Positions 12,524-24,180 of a stretch of 64,000 nt of DNA are shown here, piece after piece; position 1 is the first letter of the stretch, and the number at the start of each line of letters is the position of its first letter. Below the pieces are notes generated by a model. The model saw nothing but the letters and a program-made list of their open reading frames with translations. It was not told where the DNA came from and ran no database searches. The stretch is from Eutreptiella sp. 'Long Island Sound 2002' (lineage: Eukaryota; Protista; Euglenida): positions 144,460,001 to 144,524,000 of the forward strand of contig OZ038378.1 in assembly GCA_964036045.1 (NCBI GenBank), read 5' to 3'. Both the position numbers and the translations under genes were made by a program.

Positions 12524-12780
12524 AAAAGTGCTCCAAGCATCGCTGGTCCGACTACTTGGGGCAGGCAAGTACGACCACTTACGCTGGCACTGTTGGAGGA
12601 GGCTTGGGGCAACGTTACTTATCAGACATGGAGCGACCGTCCAAGAGTTGCTCGCGTGGGGGAGGTGGAGATCCGTTAAGTCTGCCCGTCGTTGCGTGGC
12701 TACCTGGGAGGACAGCCCCTGGACCGATGAGCACCTGCCCAGGCCAGCTCTGGTGGAGGGAGAGGTCGGGCGGTGGCAGT
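12524..12780 (+). pseudogene. Tyrosine recombinase C-terminal fragment (HxxR, W, catalytic-Tyr position)
   Basis: LRWHCWRRLGATLL..ELLAWGRWRSVKSARRCV; the expected Tyr position is TGC (Cys) at 12693-12695. Confidence 0.8.
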
Positions 12781-13149
12781 TCATTAAAGGCACTGCGCGC
12801 ATGGCCAGATTGTTATGGCCAATGTCTCTTGCAGCGGGACGAAAACTCGATGGCTGGAGGTCGGACGGTTCGGACGCCGACGATGGAGCCCACTTGGAAG
12901 CCTTGGATACCATCGACCCACCATATGGAGCCGAAGGCGCAGCAGCCAGGAAGCGGACGCGAGCCGAACCTGCCATCTCGGGACAGGGGCCGAGTACTGA
13001 GAAGGATGCACCTGGTAGACCACCGGCCGTGGGAGCAATCACCTCGCCGTCCAAGAGGATCCCCAAGAAAGCCCGAGTATCCCGTGGAGCGACACATGTC
13101 GAAGTCACCGCCAAGATCGGACACCTGGCGGCCCGTCGGGGGGGGCGCT

Positions 13150-14036
13150 TGTCAGCACGCCATTCTCGACCATTGCTGGCAATCAGGAACTCGGTGCCGT
13201 CCCGCACGATGAATTTGAACTTGCCCCTGTAGTATGTTTCCTCACCAGACTCAGATCCACTGTCGGATGAACTCTCTGTAGAACTGCTCCTGGATCTTCT
13301 GGGCCTGCGTGACTTCTTGCCCTTGTGGGATGAGGAGGAGGACCTGTGGCGTCGAGTTTTGTGCCTTGATGTTGATCGACGTCGTCGAGAACCACGCCCC
13401 TTATGGTAACGCTCGTCGTACTTGGTAATAAGGAGCTTCCACAGATCGTTAGCAGGGACAGAGGGGTCCTCCAGGAGCTCTTCATCCAGGGCCTTGGTCA
13501 GCAGCTGGCAGAGGTCCGTCATCCATTCTGGGATCGCCGGCTCCTGTAAGAACTCTTCGATCAATCCAGCAGTGAGAACCCCTTTTAGGTAGTCTGTCTT
13601 GGCGGATTTTGACTTGGACTGGGCAGCCGACTGGGCATCCAATTTACGGCGAAGATCAGCAATTTCCTGGTGGAGAAATTCGACTGCGTGCGGAGCCCCC
13701 GTCGGGGCGCCGCCTCCCATCTGGGTACCAAGTGGCTTGAATTTCATGGCTGCACAGTCATATCTTACTGAAGCTACGTCCTCCCAGGCCACCACCAAGT
13801 CAAGCATGCGTTCCAACCCCACTTGTAAAAGAGTGGCCATTCCCGCCAGCATCTCTGGCACGTTTTTACCCTCCTTTTGCCACTCCATCGTCAAGGCAGA
13901 CGCCCTCTTAGCAAGATAGTCTCCTTGAATCCTCTTGATCCAGTTTCCGCAAATGCCCTCAGCTTGACTATCTCAGAATCCACCTCATCCATTGGCCTCT
14001 TTTTATCTAGTACCGGTGTCTTAGACTCTGGCATTT
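13150..14036 (-). pseudogene. gag-like ORF (helical N-terminus, Arg/Ser-rich block, truncated at REWRADKRPP)
   Basis: First ~250 aa of ORF 12500..13894 plus a frameshifted upstream piece MPESKTP. Architecture parallels the gag-like ORF at 21254-21700. Confidence 0.55.
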
Positions 14037-15337
14037 GACCACAGAGTTCGCCAAAAAACAAAAATAAATTCACTGCAATAAGATACAACACAGGGGTGCA
14101 AACTGTGCATTATAGCAAAACAACCCTTTCAGCAGAGCATGAAAGGGTATTTTTTCATGCATTTCTCATCTCTCCACAGAAATCTGAGCATTTTAGCATG
14201 AATACCTCGGGTCAAAACATTGTTTTACCGCTCACAGTTGGTAATACAAAAAATCCTATTGCCTTTGGCAAGGCACCCGGAAGACTAACTGTTGGCTGCG
14301 GGCATCCTTGGGGGCAGGGAGGGGGGTGTGTGTGGCTCCGGGGCTTTCAGGGGGCCCATGGCGCCGGCTACATGGGCGCAGTGACCACTACATGGGGCCC
14401 CATGGGTGCTGGAGTACCCGTATTGTCACCGAATGCCCACCTAAACCCATCCAAGGGGCGACAGAAGGGTTTTGAAATTTTTGAAAACCTTCAACGGCCT
14501 AAAAGCAAGCAATTTCGGGGCTTTTGGTGGGCCAAGCTACATGGGCCTAGCGGCCACTACGTGGGTCCTCATGGGTGCTTGAGTACCCGTATTGTCACTA
14601 AATGACCGCCCAAACGCAGGGGCGACTGAAGGGTTTCGGAAAAGGTCGATTTTTCGAAGAGAGAAGACTAATTGTTGGCCGGAGGCATCCTTGGGGGTGG
14701 GGAGCGCCGTGATGTCTGGTTTTGGATGAACCAGCACGATCCTGACCTCATGCCACACTTACTCAGTTCAATGTTCATGGATTGTCTTGCCTTGCTGCCA
14801 CCGTAGCACAAACCAGACCAGTGCCGAATGTTGCCTTGAGTTCACCACTCGGGGCGGTCATCGAATGTTTCTTGGGCTGTCAAACGGGCAGAAGATCTAC
14901 TTCCACCACATCACCACACGCACGATCCAGGGTTCAAACGCACCTCACTAAGCCTTGCACCGGCTATACTATGACGATGCTAGGCTGTGTATAGTGAAAT
15001 AGCAGTTGCAAAACCGCAGGGAGAGGGGGGGGGGGGGCTTCTGGGCTTTCAGAGAGCCCATGGCCCGGCTCCATGGGCCCAGCGGCCACCAGGGTCCCAA
15101 TGGGTGCCACAGAAGGGTTTCAGAAAAACTCGAATTTCGAAAACTTTCAGGGGTCACTGCACAGCATAAAAACCATCAATTTTGGAGCTTTCCAGGGGCC
15201 CATGGCCCAGGCTACATGGGCCTAGTCGCCACCACGCGGGTACCCATGGGTGCTGGAGTACCCGTATTGTCACCAAATAACCCACCCAAACCAATCCCAA
15301 GTGCGACGAAAGGGTTCTGCAAAGAGTGAAATTTTCG

Positions 15338-15914
15338 AAAATTCTATTGCCTTTGGCAGTGGACCTTGAAGAGAGGCTCACAGTCAGCCAACACTCAGTT
15401 AGTCAGGCAAGCAGTCAGTCAGACAGTCAGGCGGGCAAGCAGGCAGGCAGACAGAAACACACAGATTGGGTTTTTTCAGTCGCAGACCCGGCTACTAGCA
15501 GTGGGGGCAGCATCAAACAGAACAAGTGATGGTCGAATGGTAATGCAGCCGACCACAGACCTGAAGGTCGGCGGTTCGATTCCCAGTCGGTTGGCCGGCG
15601 GCGGCGGCGGCCGAATTGTCAGCTCTGCCCAATCTGTCCCTTGTTCAAACCGTTCTGAGCACGAAGTTTTTTGACCCCCCCCCCCCCCCCCAACCTGCCC
15701 CCCAAAAAGTGATATCCAGTTTCAGGGGATAGAGGCCTCAGAATCAGAAAATCCATTGGGGGATCGTCTTATTGGGCAAAATAATGATTTTACAAGGGGT
15801 TAGACATCAAATATCATGCCTTGGGGTATGCTACGCGAATGATCCCCCCAAAAAGGGGGGTATATGACGCCCGCGCGTGCGCTTGATGTAACAACCTCTC
15901 TTCGAGGTGATTTT
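15338..15914 (+). mobile_element. ~580-bp repeat family member with subterminal inverted repeats and an internal tRNA-like segment
   Basis: Starts AAATTCTATTGCCTT; IR ACCT(T/C)GAAGAGAGG ... CCTCTCTTCGAGGTG. Homologues at 40970-41580 and in every 2.3-kb unit; partial copies near 14250, 31668, 61196 and 62940-63215. Confidence 0.65.
15523..15595 (+). pseudogene. tRNA-derived segment (Pol III A and B boxes), not a functional tRNA
   Basis: A box TGGTCGAATGG at 15530-15540 and a perfect B box GGTTCGATTCC at 15573-15583. The acceptor and anticodon stems do not fold canonically. Confidence 0.55.
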
Positions 15915-18562
15915 CACGTGTCACTCGAAAGCCTCAAAAACAGCAATTTTGGGGCTTTCGGGGGGGGTCCATGACCCTGGCTACATGGGCCTAGTGGCCA
16001 CTACGTGGGTCCCCATGGGTGCTCGAGTACCCGTATTGTCACCAAATGACCACCCAAACCCATCCCAGGGCCACGAAAGGGTTCCGGCAAAAGTCGAATT
16101 TTCGAAAATTCTATTGCCTTCAGACACATCGTGCAAACAGATAGGATCAACAGCTCAGCCAGCCCTCGCCAGAGACGTACCTGAGACACCACCTGAGGGT
16201 ACTCCAGTGGGAGGTGTTGGGCCAGTGCTTCCATAGCACAAACGACGGCCATCAGGATACGACATGCACCACCCGGAATCCTGACCACCAAACGGCCTCT
16301 CGCGGAAGATGGCTGGTGTGATTGGAGCTGGAGCACCCACATGCGTGGCCCCCTCGCCGTGCGCAAAGATGAACAAACACGACAGGAGCCACAACACTGC
16401 GAGGCCATTCATACCATAAATGTAAGCCATTTTGGTCTGTCTGTCTGCGGGGAAAGCAATAAAAAGCAAGGCACTTCCGGGTACGGACTGGTTTGGGGTT
16501 GCAGGAGAACATTGTCTACATCATCTGCCCACAGACGGCAGCGGAACATATTTCTAGTCCGTGCGAGTGGAACAGTGGTCCGTCCCTCTGCTCGCAGGTG
16601 CTGCCTCAAGCCCTCGGTCCCTCCCACGCCGGCGCCGGCGATGCTTCACTTGAAGTCTTTGCCAAGAAACCACCTGGAGGGAAGGATTCTGGGGGAGGAA
16701 TGCTGAAATGCTGGATGGGAGCATGAAAGGAGACGATTCCAACGCACCTCTGTTCCAACCAAACTTTTTTTTTTCCAGGCTCAACAAGTTCGATGAGTAT
16801 AATGTGAGCTCTCAGGCAACAGCCTGGGTCAAGAAATAGGGCATAAAGTACAAACGAGGGTTCCACATTTGTCATGTGTTCCAGCTTTACCTGGGGAACT
16901 GTCTCTGTTCAGTACCTGCTTGGTCTATCCCTTCACCCTTGTTCCAACCCAACATCCAGGTTTCTGTGGGGCTGTTGAATGTCCGCGCTCACTTCCAAAC
17001 AACAGCACAGTTGTCTGATTATCCGGCACGGACACATCGTCTCAGTTGAGGGCTTATGGACATCCAGAAAGGCCAGCACAACAAGTACTACCACTGCACA
17101 AAGGCACAAGGGGGGCGGCCTGTTCGAAGATTGACACCGGGCTGTGTGCGAAAACTTTTGGGGGCCCGGAGAGGGGGGTTAGGTTGGTTGCCTGGTCAAC
17201 CACCGGGGTCCCCCAGGGGGGTCAGTGGGTACCCCAACATACATAACTCAAAATGATTCCCGTGACGTGCTGATCGTTTTGAACATACGCAAGTGGGGTC
17301 ATCTTTGCCATGGGGTTTGGGGGGGGGTACATGCAACGCCATCCCATCAGAGACCAAGTGCACAAGCCAGCAGAGGCCACTAATGGATGACATCCGGATG
17401 CCTCAGGTGGGTACCCTCTGCCAAATGTTGTGGAGGGCGCTGGATGCGCAAGGCGCAGTGGATTTCCCCCACCCCGGCTCACGAGCAACACGAATGACCT
17501 CGATCAGCTCAAGCAGGTCACACAACCCAGAATGCACCAGCACATGGTATGCCACCCGTCTTCATGGAGCAGCCCTCCACACAAGCGATGAGTAGGGGTT
17601 AAATGTTTTGAGTGGCCCAAACTTGCAGCGGTAATGATGGCCTGGGGGCACTTGTGAAACACAATCTGCACAAGTTTGAGCGGCTCAGGCAGAAGCATCT
17701 TCCTGACGGCTCTAGAAGTTTGTCAGTCACCCTCTCCTAACCACCAGTCAAACTGAAAGTGCGGACGCACTGTTTTGCGTTCCCCTCGACTGGTAGTCTT
17801 ATGAATAACAAGTGGCTGATGGCAGATGGCCATCTCTTTTCTCAACAACAATGATACATCTGCCACGCCGTTGCTGCATCATGAAGGTTTTGCAAGAACA
17901 GATCGTGCAAATGAATCAACCCCTGTTTGATAGTGGATACCTTTCTATTCATTTTGCCTACAAGAAATAAAGTGTTCTCCAGTAGTATCGCATTACGCCC
18001 AAACAACATGTCCTGATGCTTGGGTTTCCTGCAATTATAAGCGGTGTTATGCTTTGCAGTCCTCACTCGGTTTTTAATTCCCCACAGAGCTGCACTAGCA
18101 CCGACCAGTGGCCACAGTAGAAGAAATCGGCGACACTGCAGTGCAACATGTCAGGTGGATCTCCCTTTGACACGTTTGAAACCAGCCGCATAAATACATC
18201 TGGGCGGATACATTGCTATTGAAAGTACTCGGGCAGTTCTACAATGGAACCAAAAAATTGTCATGGTTCAGCATTGTTTGGGGGATGTTATTTTCTACTG
18301 AAGCAGATATCAATTACAAGGTAGGGTCATTTAGTGGGCGCACTTAGTGCACTGTGTGCGCAGTGCGACTATTTGGACGTCTGGCCGTAGTAGAAACCCA
18401 TACTCTGTGATAATCTGGGCATCATTGTTGTTTGACAGCAGGTTTTGATGCTTCTTGTACATTGGGGATGTGGCATTGTTGGATGCTCACCCAGTTGGAC
18501 CCACTTCCACCCTTTTTAACACATTTTTTTGCTCATTTCCACCACATCCACTCCTTTTTAGG

Positions 18563-18690
18563 TTGATTTCTCCCCACTATGGGGACCCCGAGAAGACACG
18601 GGTGATGTAGCCATATTGATTTCTCCCCACCATGGGGACTCCGAGAAGGCAGCGGTGATGTCGCCTTATTGATTTCTCCCATCGTTCCAT
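18563..18690. repeat. ~52-bp tandem repeat, ~2.3 copies
   Basis: TGATTTCTCCCC recurs near 18564, 18618 and 18670. Confidence 0.7.
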
Positions 18691-19400
18691 GTACATGAGA
18701 AAAGCATTGGAGTTCACCCTCTTGACCCTCAAGAAGCTGGTGTTAAGTAGTGAGTTAAGCGAATCTACGTCATCGAGGCAGCAAATTAGTTATATGGGTA
18801 TTGATGCCTACTCTGCCAAGGAATTTTGGCTGCAGTATGGGCACAACGACATACTTCCTCGCGAACATTTGTTTCGCTTCTTTTTCTTTCTAAAGCACAC
18901 TCTACCTCATGGGTGTGCTCATCTCCTCTCCGGAGCAAAGGGGTGCTCTGAGGATGCTTGGTGGGCAAGCGTGCATCGTGTTTGTTCTTAATTGAATGGT
19001 GTTGTCGCCGAAATTCAATGGGTGGAAAGATTGTCGGAGTGGAACCGCGTCCCACACTTTATTTTGTCACACATTACGTGGATAGCATGCCCATCGCTTC
19101 TATAGGAGGCATCCTTTGTGATGTCCTCTTCAATCCAAAGTATGCCGGTTGTGTATATAAAGTAACGGTTGTCATTGATGGTCTTGGCAACATTGATTAG
19201 ATTTGTCCATTGGTCGCCGGGACACCGGCAGATGTTCTCATTTGGGATCGCGAAGGGCCCAGAAGATGCAAGGGACAATATATGGATTATGAGACGGGTC
19301 CCATGGATGGTGCCTCCATGTGGCATGGCCATTTATCGGTCGAAAGACTTTGACCGATTGACAAAAGGAGCACAACGATGTTCATGGTTCCTATAGGGCA
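18689..19400 (+). pseudogene. PIF/Harbinger (ISL2EU/IS5-like, DDE_Tnp_4) transposase pseudogene
   Basis: VDSMPI ... FNPKYAGCVYKVTVVIDGLGNI ... AGTPADVLIW ... MDGA gives the three acidic motifs. There is one frameshift and an in-frame TAG at 19198-19200. Confidence 0.75.
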
Positions 19401-20899
19401 CGTATTGAGCACTTGTTTGCACACAAACACAAATACAAAAAAATGTACGTTATGTACTTTGCTTTTTAGTGGAAACAGGACTACAAAAAATTGCATGATT
19501 GTGCCCTTATCACAATATGGGATTACTAGCCGCTACTCCGATGGCATGTGAATGAAACACTGCCTTTGGAGCCTCACTTTGCATTGTGTGTCACTAGTGC
19601 GATACGTTAATTTACAAAAGCAACGTATTTCTGAATGCTCCTCTCCTTTGGCCTCTCTCGGCCCCACTCCTCTTGTGGCAGACCACTGGCAGGGAAGAGT
19701 TTGGGCGGTGCACAGTATCATTGGGCCATGAGGCAACGGATACCGGGCTCGCATACGCCCCCGTGTCACAGGCGCATGGTCATAACCACATAGTTCAGTG
19801 TTTTTCCTCATTGGGAATCATTGGGAAGGGGGGGGGGGTGGAACAATGCGGGTGGTCTTTTGCTTTCACATATGTAGAAAAAGTCTGTGGCACATTCAGT
19901 GTGTACGACCGCCTGCCACATGCAAACCAGTGCCTGGAAGAATTGGAAATGTACAGAGATAGGCATGACAGATATCGCACGTAAGGTGCGAGGTGTCTGG
20001 ATGGTCACACGTAAACAGCTGAGTCGGGAACCCACTAGTTGACACTTTGCAGTGTGCTCGTTGCACTCTAGCCGGGTTGGCCTCGGATGCCCAAGTTGCT
20101 GTGCCCCATGCGGGCCGTGTCGGTTGTTCCCTTTGTGTGTTGCTTGCCACTTGCCTCGATGCTACTTGTGGTTTGGGTGAACATTCATTTCCTCCAGTAT
20201 TTCAAGAGCAGCAAAGTAAGCCGGATCTCTGCTGATTGCACCAACCCTGTTGGCTGGCGGCCCAACTGGTGCCACTGTCAATCTAATGTGTGGCAAGTGT
20301 GGGAAGTGCGAAAAGACGGATTTGTAACCGGATGTGCTCCACACAATTCATGCAGGCAGCGATGTAGGCCATTGCACCACAATGTGCCGGTGCACTGTCA
20401 GTGTTGCTTGACCTATGCCACACTTGGATCTATAAGACAAAGCCAATGATATGCACTCAATCGGCATGTATAAACACAGCATGGATGTGCCGGAAGCATG
20501 TTGTAAGCGGTTGCTCTCCGTGTGCACACTCATGGCGCAATGCCGGCAATTTAGTAGCCACCTTTGACTGCGCAGGCATATACAAAGAAATATACAAAAT
20601 AACACTACGCATGCACGCATGCACACACGGCATGGCAGGCACGCATGCACATAGAAAGGCGACAAGCCGACAGGCGGGGCAGCAAGACGGCCCCTTGGGT
20701 CGTTGGGCGGCAGACAACAAAGTGTTGCGCGACAACGCGCGTTGCTAAGGACAGGCAGCACTACTGGTTGCAGCATTGTTTTCCCTACCGGTGCGGGGTG
20801 TGTGGTCAAAGCACAACATCCCCATCCCAGTCTGAGGCCTGTCTGCGGGCATCCGACTGTCTAGGCACAGAGAGAGGTGGCGGAAGGGAGTTGGGAAGT

Positions 20900-22860
20900 T
20901 GGGGGTCGGGGAGGGGCACAGCGGAAGAGTTGGGAAACCACTGTGTGATGACCGGCCACGGATCGGTGGGGAGGGCCAGAGAAAGGGGAAGCCCCCAAGC
21001 AAGGTGAGGGCGGCGCAAGGGGCAGCCTTGGCCAAGGGGCCACAGAACCCCCGCCGGGAGTGGCGCGCGAGCACACAACAGAGCACAATCGAGAGTTCAG
21101 CCGCAAAGCGAGAGATACGAAGTTCCGCCGTTTGTGTGTGTGTGCCGCGCATAAGAGCACGTAGACAAGTAGGCAAGTCCTCCTCCCTGAGATAGCCCCC
21201 GGATCAAGACATCGTGCTTCTTCACTGCTACTCACACACAGGGATTCGCGGGGATGAAGAGCCCCCCCCCCCCCGTACGAACTCCCACTATTGGGTTGTT
21301 GCGCACGGAGGAGGGAGCCCAAGCGCTGCTCACAGACAAATATCGCGAGGCTAAGGCCTGTCAAAAGCGGAAGGCCAAGCGGGCGGATCGCAAGGGCACA
21401 GGTCGAGACCACGACGGGACGAAAAACAAGTGCTCGTACTCCTCATCAGAAATGTCCCCGGGCTCTTCTGATTTCACCGACAGCTCCTCGGAGGACGGTG
21501 GCCGCGTGGCGCGGAAGTCATCCAGTTCGTCGCCGACGCCGGACTACCAGCGGGTCTTTGAGAGCACGCAGCACTCTGCCTGGGGCGCCTGCCTTCGTGT
21601 GGACAAAGGGAGAGCCCCAATTCGGAAGCTGCAACCCGGGGGATCTCGTGAATTGCGCGCGCCAGCCGAAAACCCCTTGCCGTGTCTGCGGCCACTGCCA
21701 CTAGTATTGGCAAGGGGGCGCGCACAGCTGCCGCGGGCAGTTCGCTAAAAAGCACAGAATCGGGAGCGGGTGGGGGGGACCGGAGCCACCGTCAAGCTCC
21801 TCGCCCCCCCCCCCCCCCGCCCTCATTCAGAGGGCCCTGCCCCGATCCCCGCATGCCAGTGTTCCATGCCCTGCGACGGTGGGAATGGCGCATTTGCCGG
21901 GAGCAGTATTGAAGACGATCGAGGAAGCGAAATACAGACTCCGGATGCCATCACCCTCTCCAACGCCATTGCCCACTTCCGAGAGGCGGCCGCTTCCAAC
22001 TTCGCCATCACGTACGCTGGTACAGCGCTTCAAGGGTTCGCGAAAGACACCAGAGGCGGTTATTCAGACGCCCTGCGGCGTCTCACGATCACCTTCCGGA
22101 GGTAGCCGGGGGTCCAGCGCCAAGGAGTGCCCGCAAGATCATATGCTCACGTTTGTCCGCACCACGGGGTCGGACAATGACCTCAGGCGCGTCCTCGCGG
22201 CCGTGCGGGTATCGGAGAAGTTCAAGTGGATCGAGCCCATCGTCTACCCAAGGGATTGGAAAATGGTTGACGCGGTCGCTGCCTTCCACGACAAACGCCG
22301 GGGGACAACAACCAAGTACTGGGCATCCACGTGGGCCTTCGGCAGCTTGTGCCGGCTCGCGTCACGGCCGGACGAGTGGGAGGTTGTGGCACTCGCAGCC
22401 CTCAGCATCGCGTTCGGCCTTCGGGCAAAGGAGGCCGTCTCCGCTCACTACGACAGCACTGCTGTCCGCTGGCAAGGCGCAAAGGGCAGCCTCGGGCCCT
22501 GCGAGGAGGTGCCGGGGCCCTAGACCGCGAAGTGGGCGCAGCTCCTCTGGGACGTCCGCGAGCGCCGCGGCTACCATCCTGAGAGCCCGGCGTAGCACCC
22601 CACCAGGCACAGCCTGCACAAAGCCCTCAAAGATGTTGTCAGCCGCCCGAATTCGGGGTGTTCGCTCCCGCACTGGCACAGCTGGCGGCGGTTCGGAAGC
22701 ACTCAACTGCGCTGCTTGGGCGCCCCCACGGACATGCAGCTACATTGAGGGGTGGTGGGCGACGCCGGGGATGCTTCGCATCTCCGCCTACCCACCGCAC
22801 ACCAGATTTCTAGCGCGACCTCAAGCTTGCGAGGCGGGCTCCGTGGCGCACTAGCTGCAC
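20900..22860 (+). mobile_element. Tyrosine-recombinase element: gag-like ORF directly followed by YR, no RT/RH
   Basis: A Lys/Ser-rich gag-like ORF ends in PKTPCRVCGHCH*YW; ~200 bp later the YR begins. A poly-C run lies at ~21803-21820. Confidence 0.72.
21900..22853 (+). pseudogene. Nearly full-length tyrosine recombinase, disrupted
   Basis: ALQGFAKDTRGGYSDALRR (core-binding), LSIAFGLRAKEA (box I Arg), GAKG (Lys), HSWRRFGST (HxxR), GWWATPGMLRIS. Several stops and frameshifts; the Tyr position is TCC at 22783-22785. Confidence 0.85.
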
Positions 22861-23554
22861 CCTGAGTCGATACCCATGGCAGTGCCCTCAATGTCATGAT
22901 CGCTAGTGTCCACATTGATAACCTTCAGCAGACACCTGAGTCTGATTGCCCAGCGGGACGCCCCAGCCTGCTTGCGGACAGCCCTGATGTTCTTTTTTCG
23001 TCATGGCATACTTCTCGGGCGTCTCGGAGGCGTCACACGCATAGCCCGCTCCGGCTCTGCCAGCACGCGTGTTGTTGTCCTGCCCTGCAGGTTTGTGTGT
23101 GGCGGCCCCTGCTGCCGACGTGGCCCCGTCTCCCGCCACGGCTCCCAGCCTACCGCGCCCAGAAGTGAGGCCTGCCGCCAGTAGGTCCAAAAACGCGAAG
23201 GCCGCTGGGGACTATTTAGGGGAGAGGTCGTACCTGGCGACGTCGACGTCCCAGTGGACCGAGAGGGAGAAGAGGAAGGCGTCTCGGTAAGTCACGAAGG
23301 CCGAGTTGACCATGGAGACGCCTAGCAGTCGCCCGAAGAGCACCGCGCAGCGAGTTGTCGTCAGAGTCATCGAGGTTGTCCAGCAGGTGAAGCCACTGTC
23401 TAGAACTGCCGTGCGGCTTTCCACCAGTACTTCCTCTGCCAGGCTGGGGGTGTCCAGCAGCATGCATCGGACAGAGTCAAGCGTCTTCAACTCATCCGCG
23501 ACCAGCTATTCCCGTTGCCACTCCTGTGAAGCTGCCAGGCGCTTGGGGCCCTTA

Positions 23555-24180
23555 GAGGGAGATATACGCACCGCGCGCGCACCGCGCGTGCGTTTCTACC
23601 AACCCTTTCCTGCATTTTTCACATTTTTTCAGGGTGGCAAGGACGCGGTGGCCTAAGGGGTAAGCACACAACAACGGAGGCCTCCACTCCATCCTCCTCA
23701 CCAATGGTGGTTGTGGCCGCCCACACCCCCTGCCAGGGGAGGGCCGTAGGAAGAGGAAGAAGAGGATGTAGAACTCTCCGGTACGGCCGCTCGACCGAAG
23801 AGCCTAGTGCCCCACAGGGTGCCCAAGGGTGCCCAAGGGGAAGAACAAGGTGACTAACAGTGGACGCACAGACTCACTACGAAAAATGCGCGTACTTCAG
23901 CGGAAAACGTTTTGTGCCTCTGATTTTTCATTTGTTCTCTATAGAGGGAGGGGCGAGGCACCCGTGGCAATTGTCCGCCATCGCGACAGCCATCACAACC
24001 TGGCTTGGCGCCCTATCCCGCAGCCACGGCACACGGGCTCACCACAAGGGAGGGGCAAATAGTGGTGAGGTGCAGAAAACAGCACAAGGGGAAAGAAAAG
24101 GTTGTACGCGCACGTGGAAAACGAATGCACCGCGCGCGCACCGCGTGGTGCACCGCGCGCACCGCGCGTGCGTCTCCCTC
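23555..24180. mobile_element. 626-bp Tourist-like (PIF/Harbinger) MITE
   Basis: TTA at 23552-23554 and 24181-24183; termini GAGGGAGA / TCTCCCTC; subterminal GCACCGCGCG repeats at both ends. Confidence 0.62.

Larger units (their letters stand above)
10480..14090 (-). mobile_element. Degenerate, rearranged DIRS/Ngaro-type tyrosine-recombinase retrotransposon
   Basis: Minus-strand gag-like ORF, RT start motif SAPVFVIPKSDVKCSF and RNase H-like remnants (IWVTSDA, KLEVVAVL), plus a plus-strand YR C-terminal fragment. Confidence 0.72.
14330..16100. repeat. Cluster of ~180-200-bp modules with core GAGTACCCGTATTGTCACCAAATGA
   Basis: Core near 14412, 14581, 15257 and 16025; further pairs near 54143/54345 and 61992/62190. 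Confidence 0.8.

Noticed and set aside
12234-13232. Bacterial or phage integrase
   Set aside because: Only the C-terminal boxes are present, they are embedded in gag/RT context, and there are no prokaryotic signals.
15523-15595. Functional tRNA gene
   Set aside because: No acceptor-stem pairing, and the anticodon arm is non-canonical; kept only as tRNA-derived.
16400-18500. Possible MULE or other transposase remnants
   Set aside because: Only short suggestive peptides (e.g. GFHICHVFQ) among many stops; no coherent motif series.
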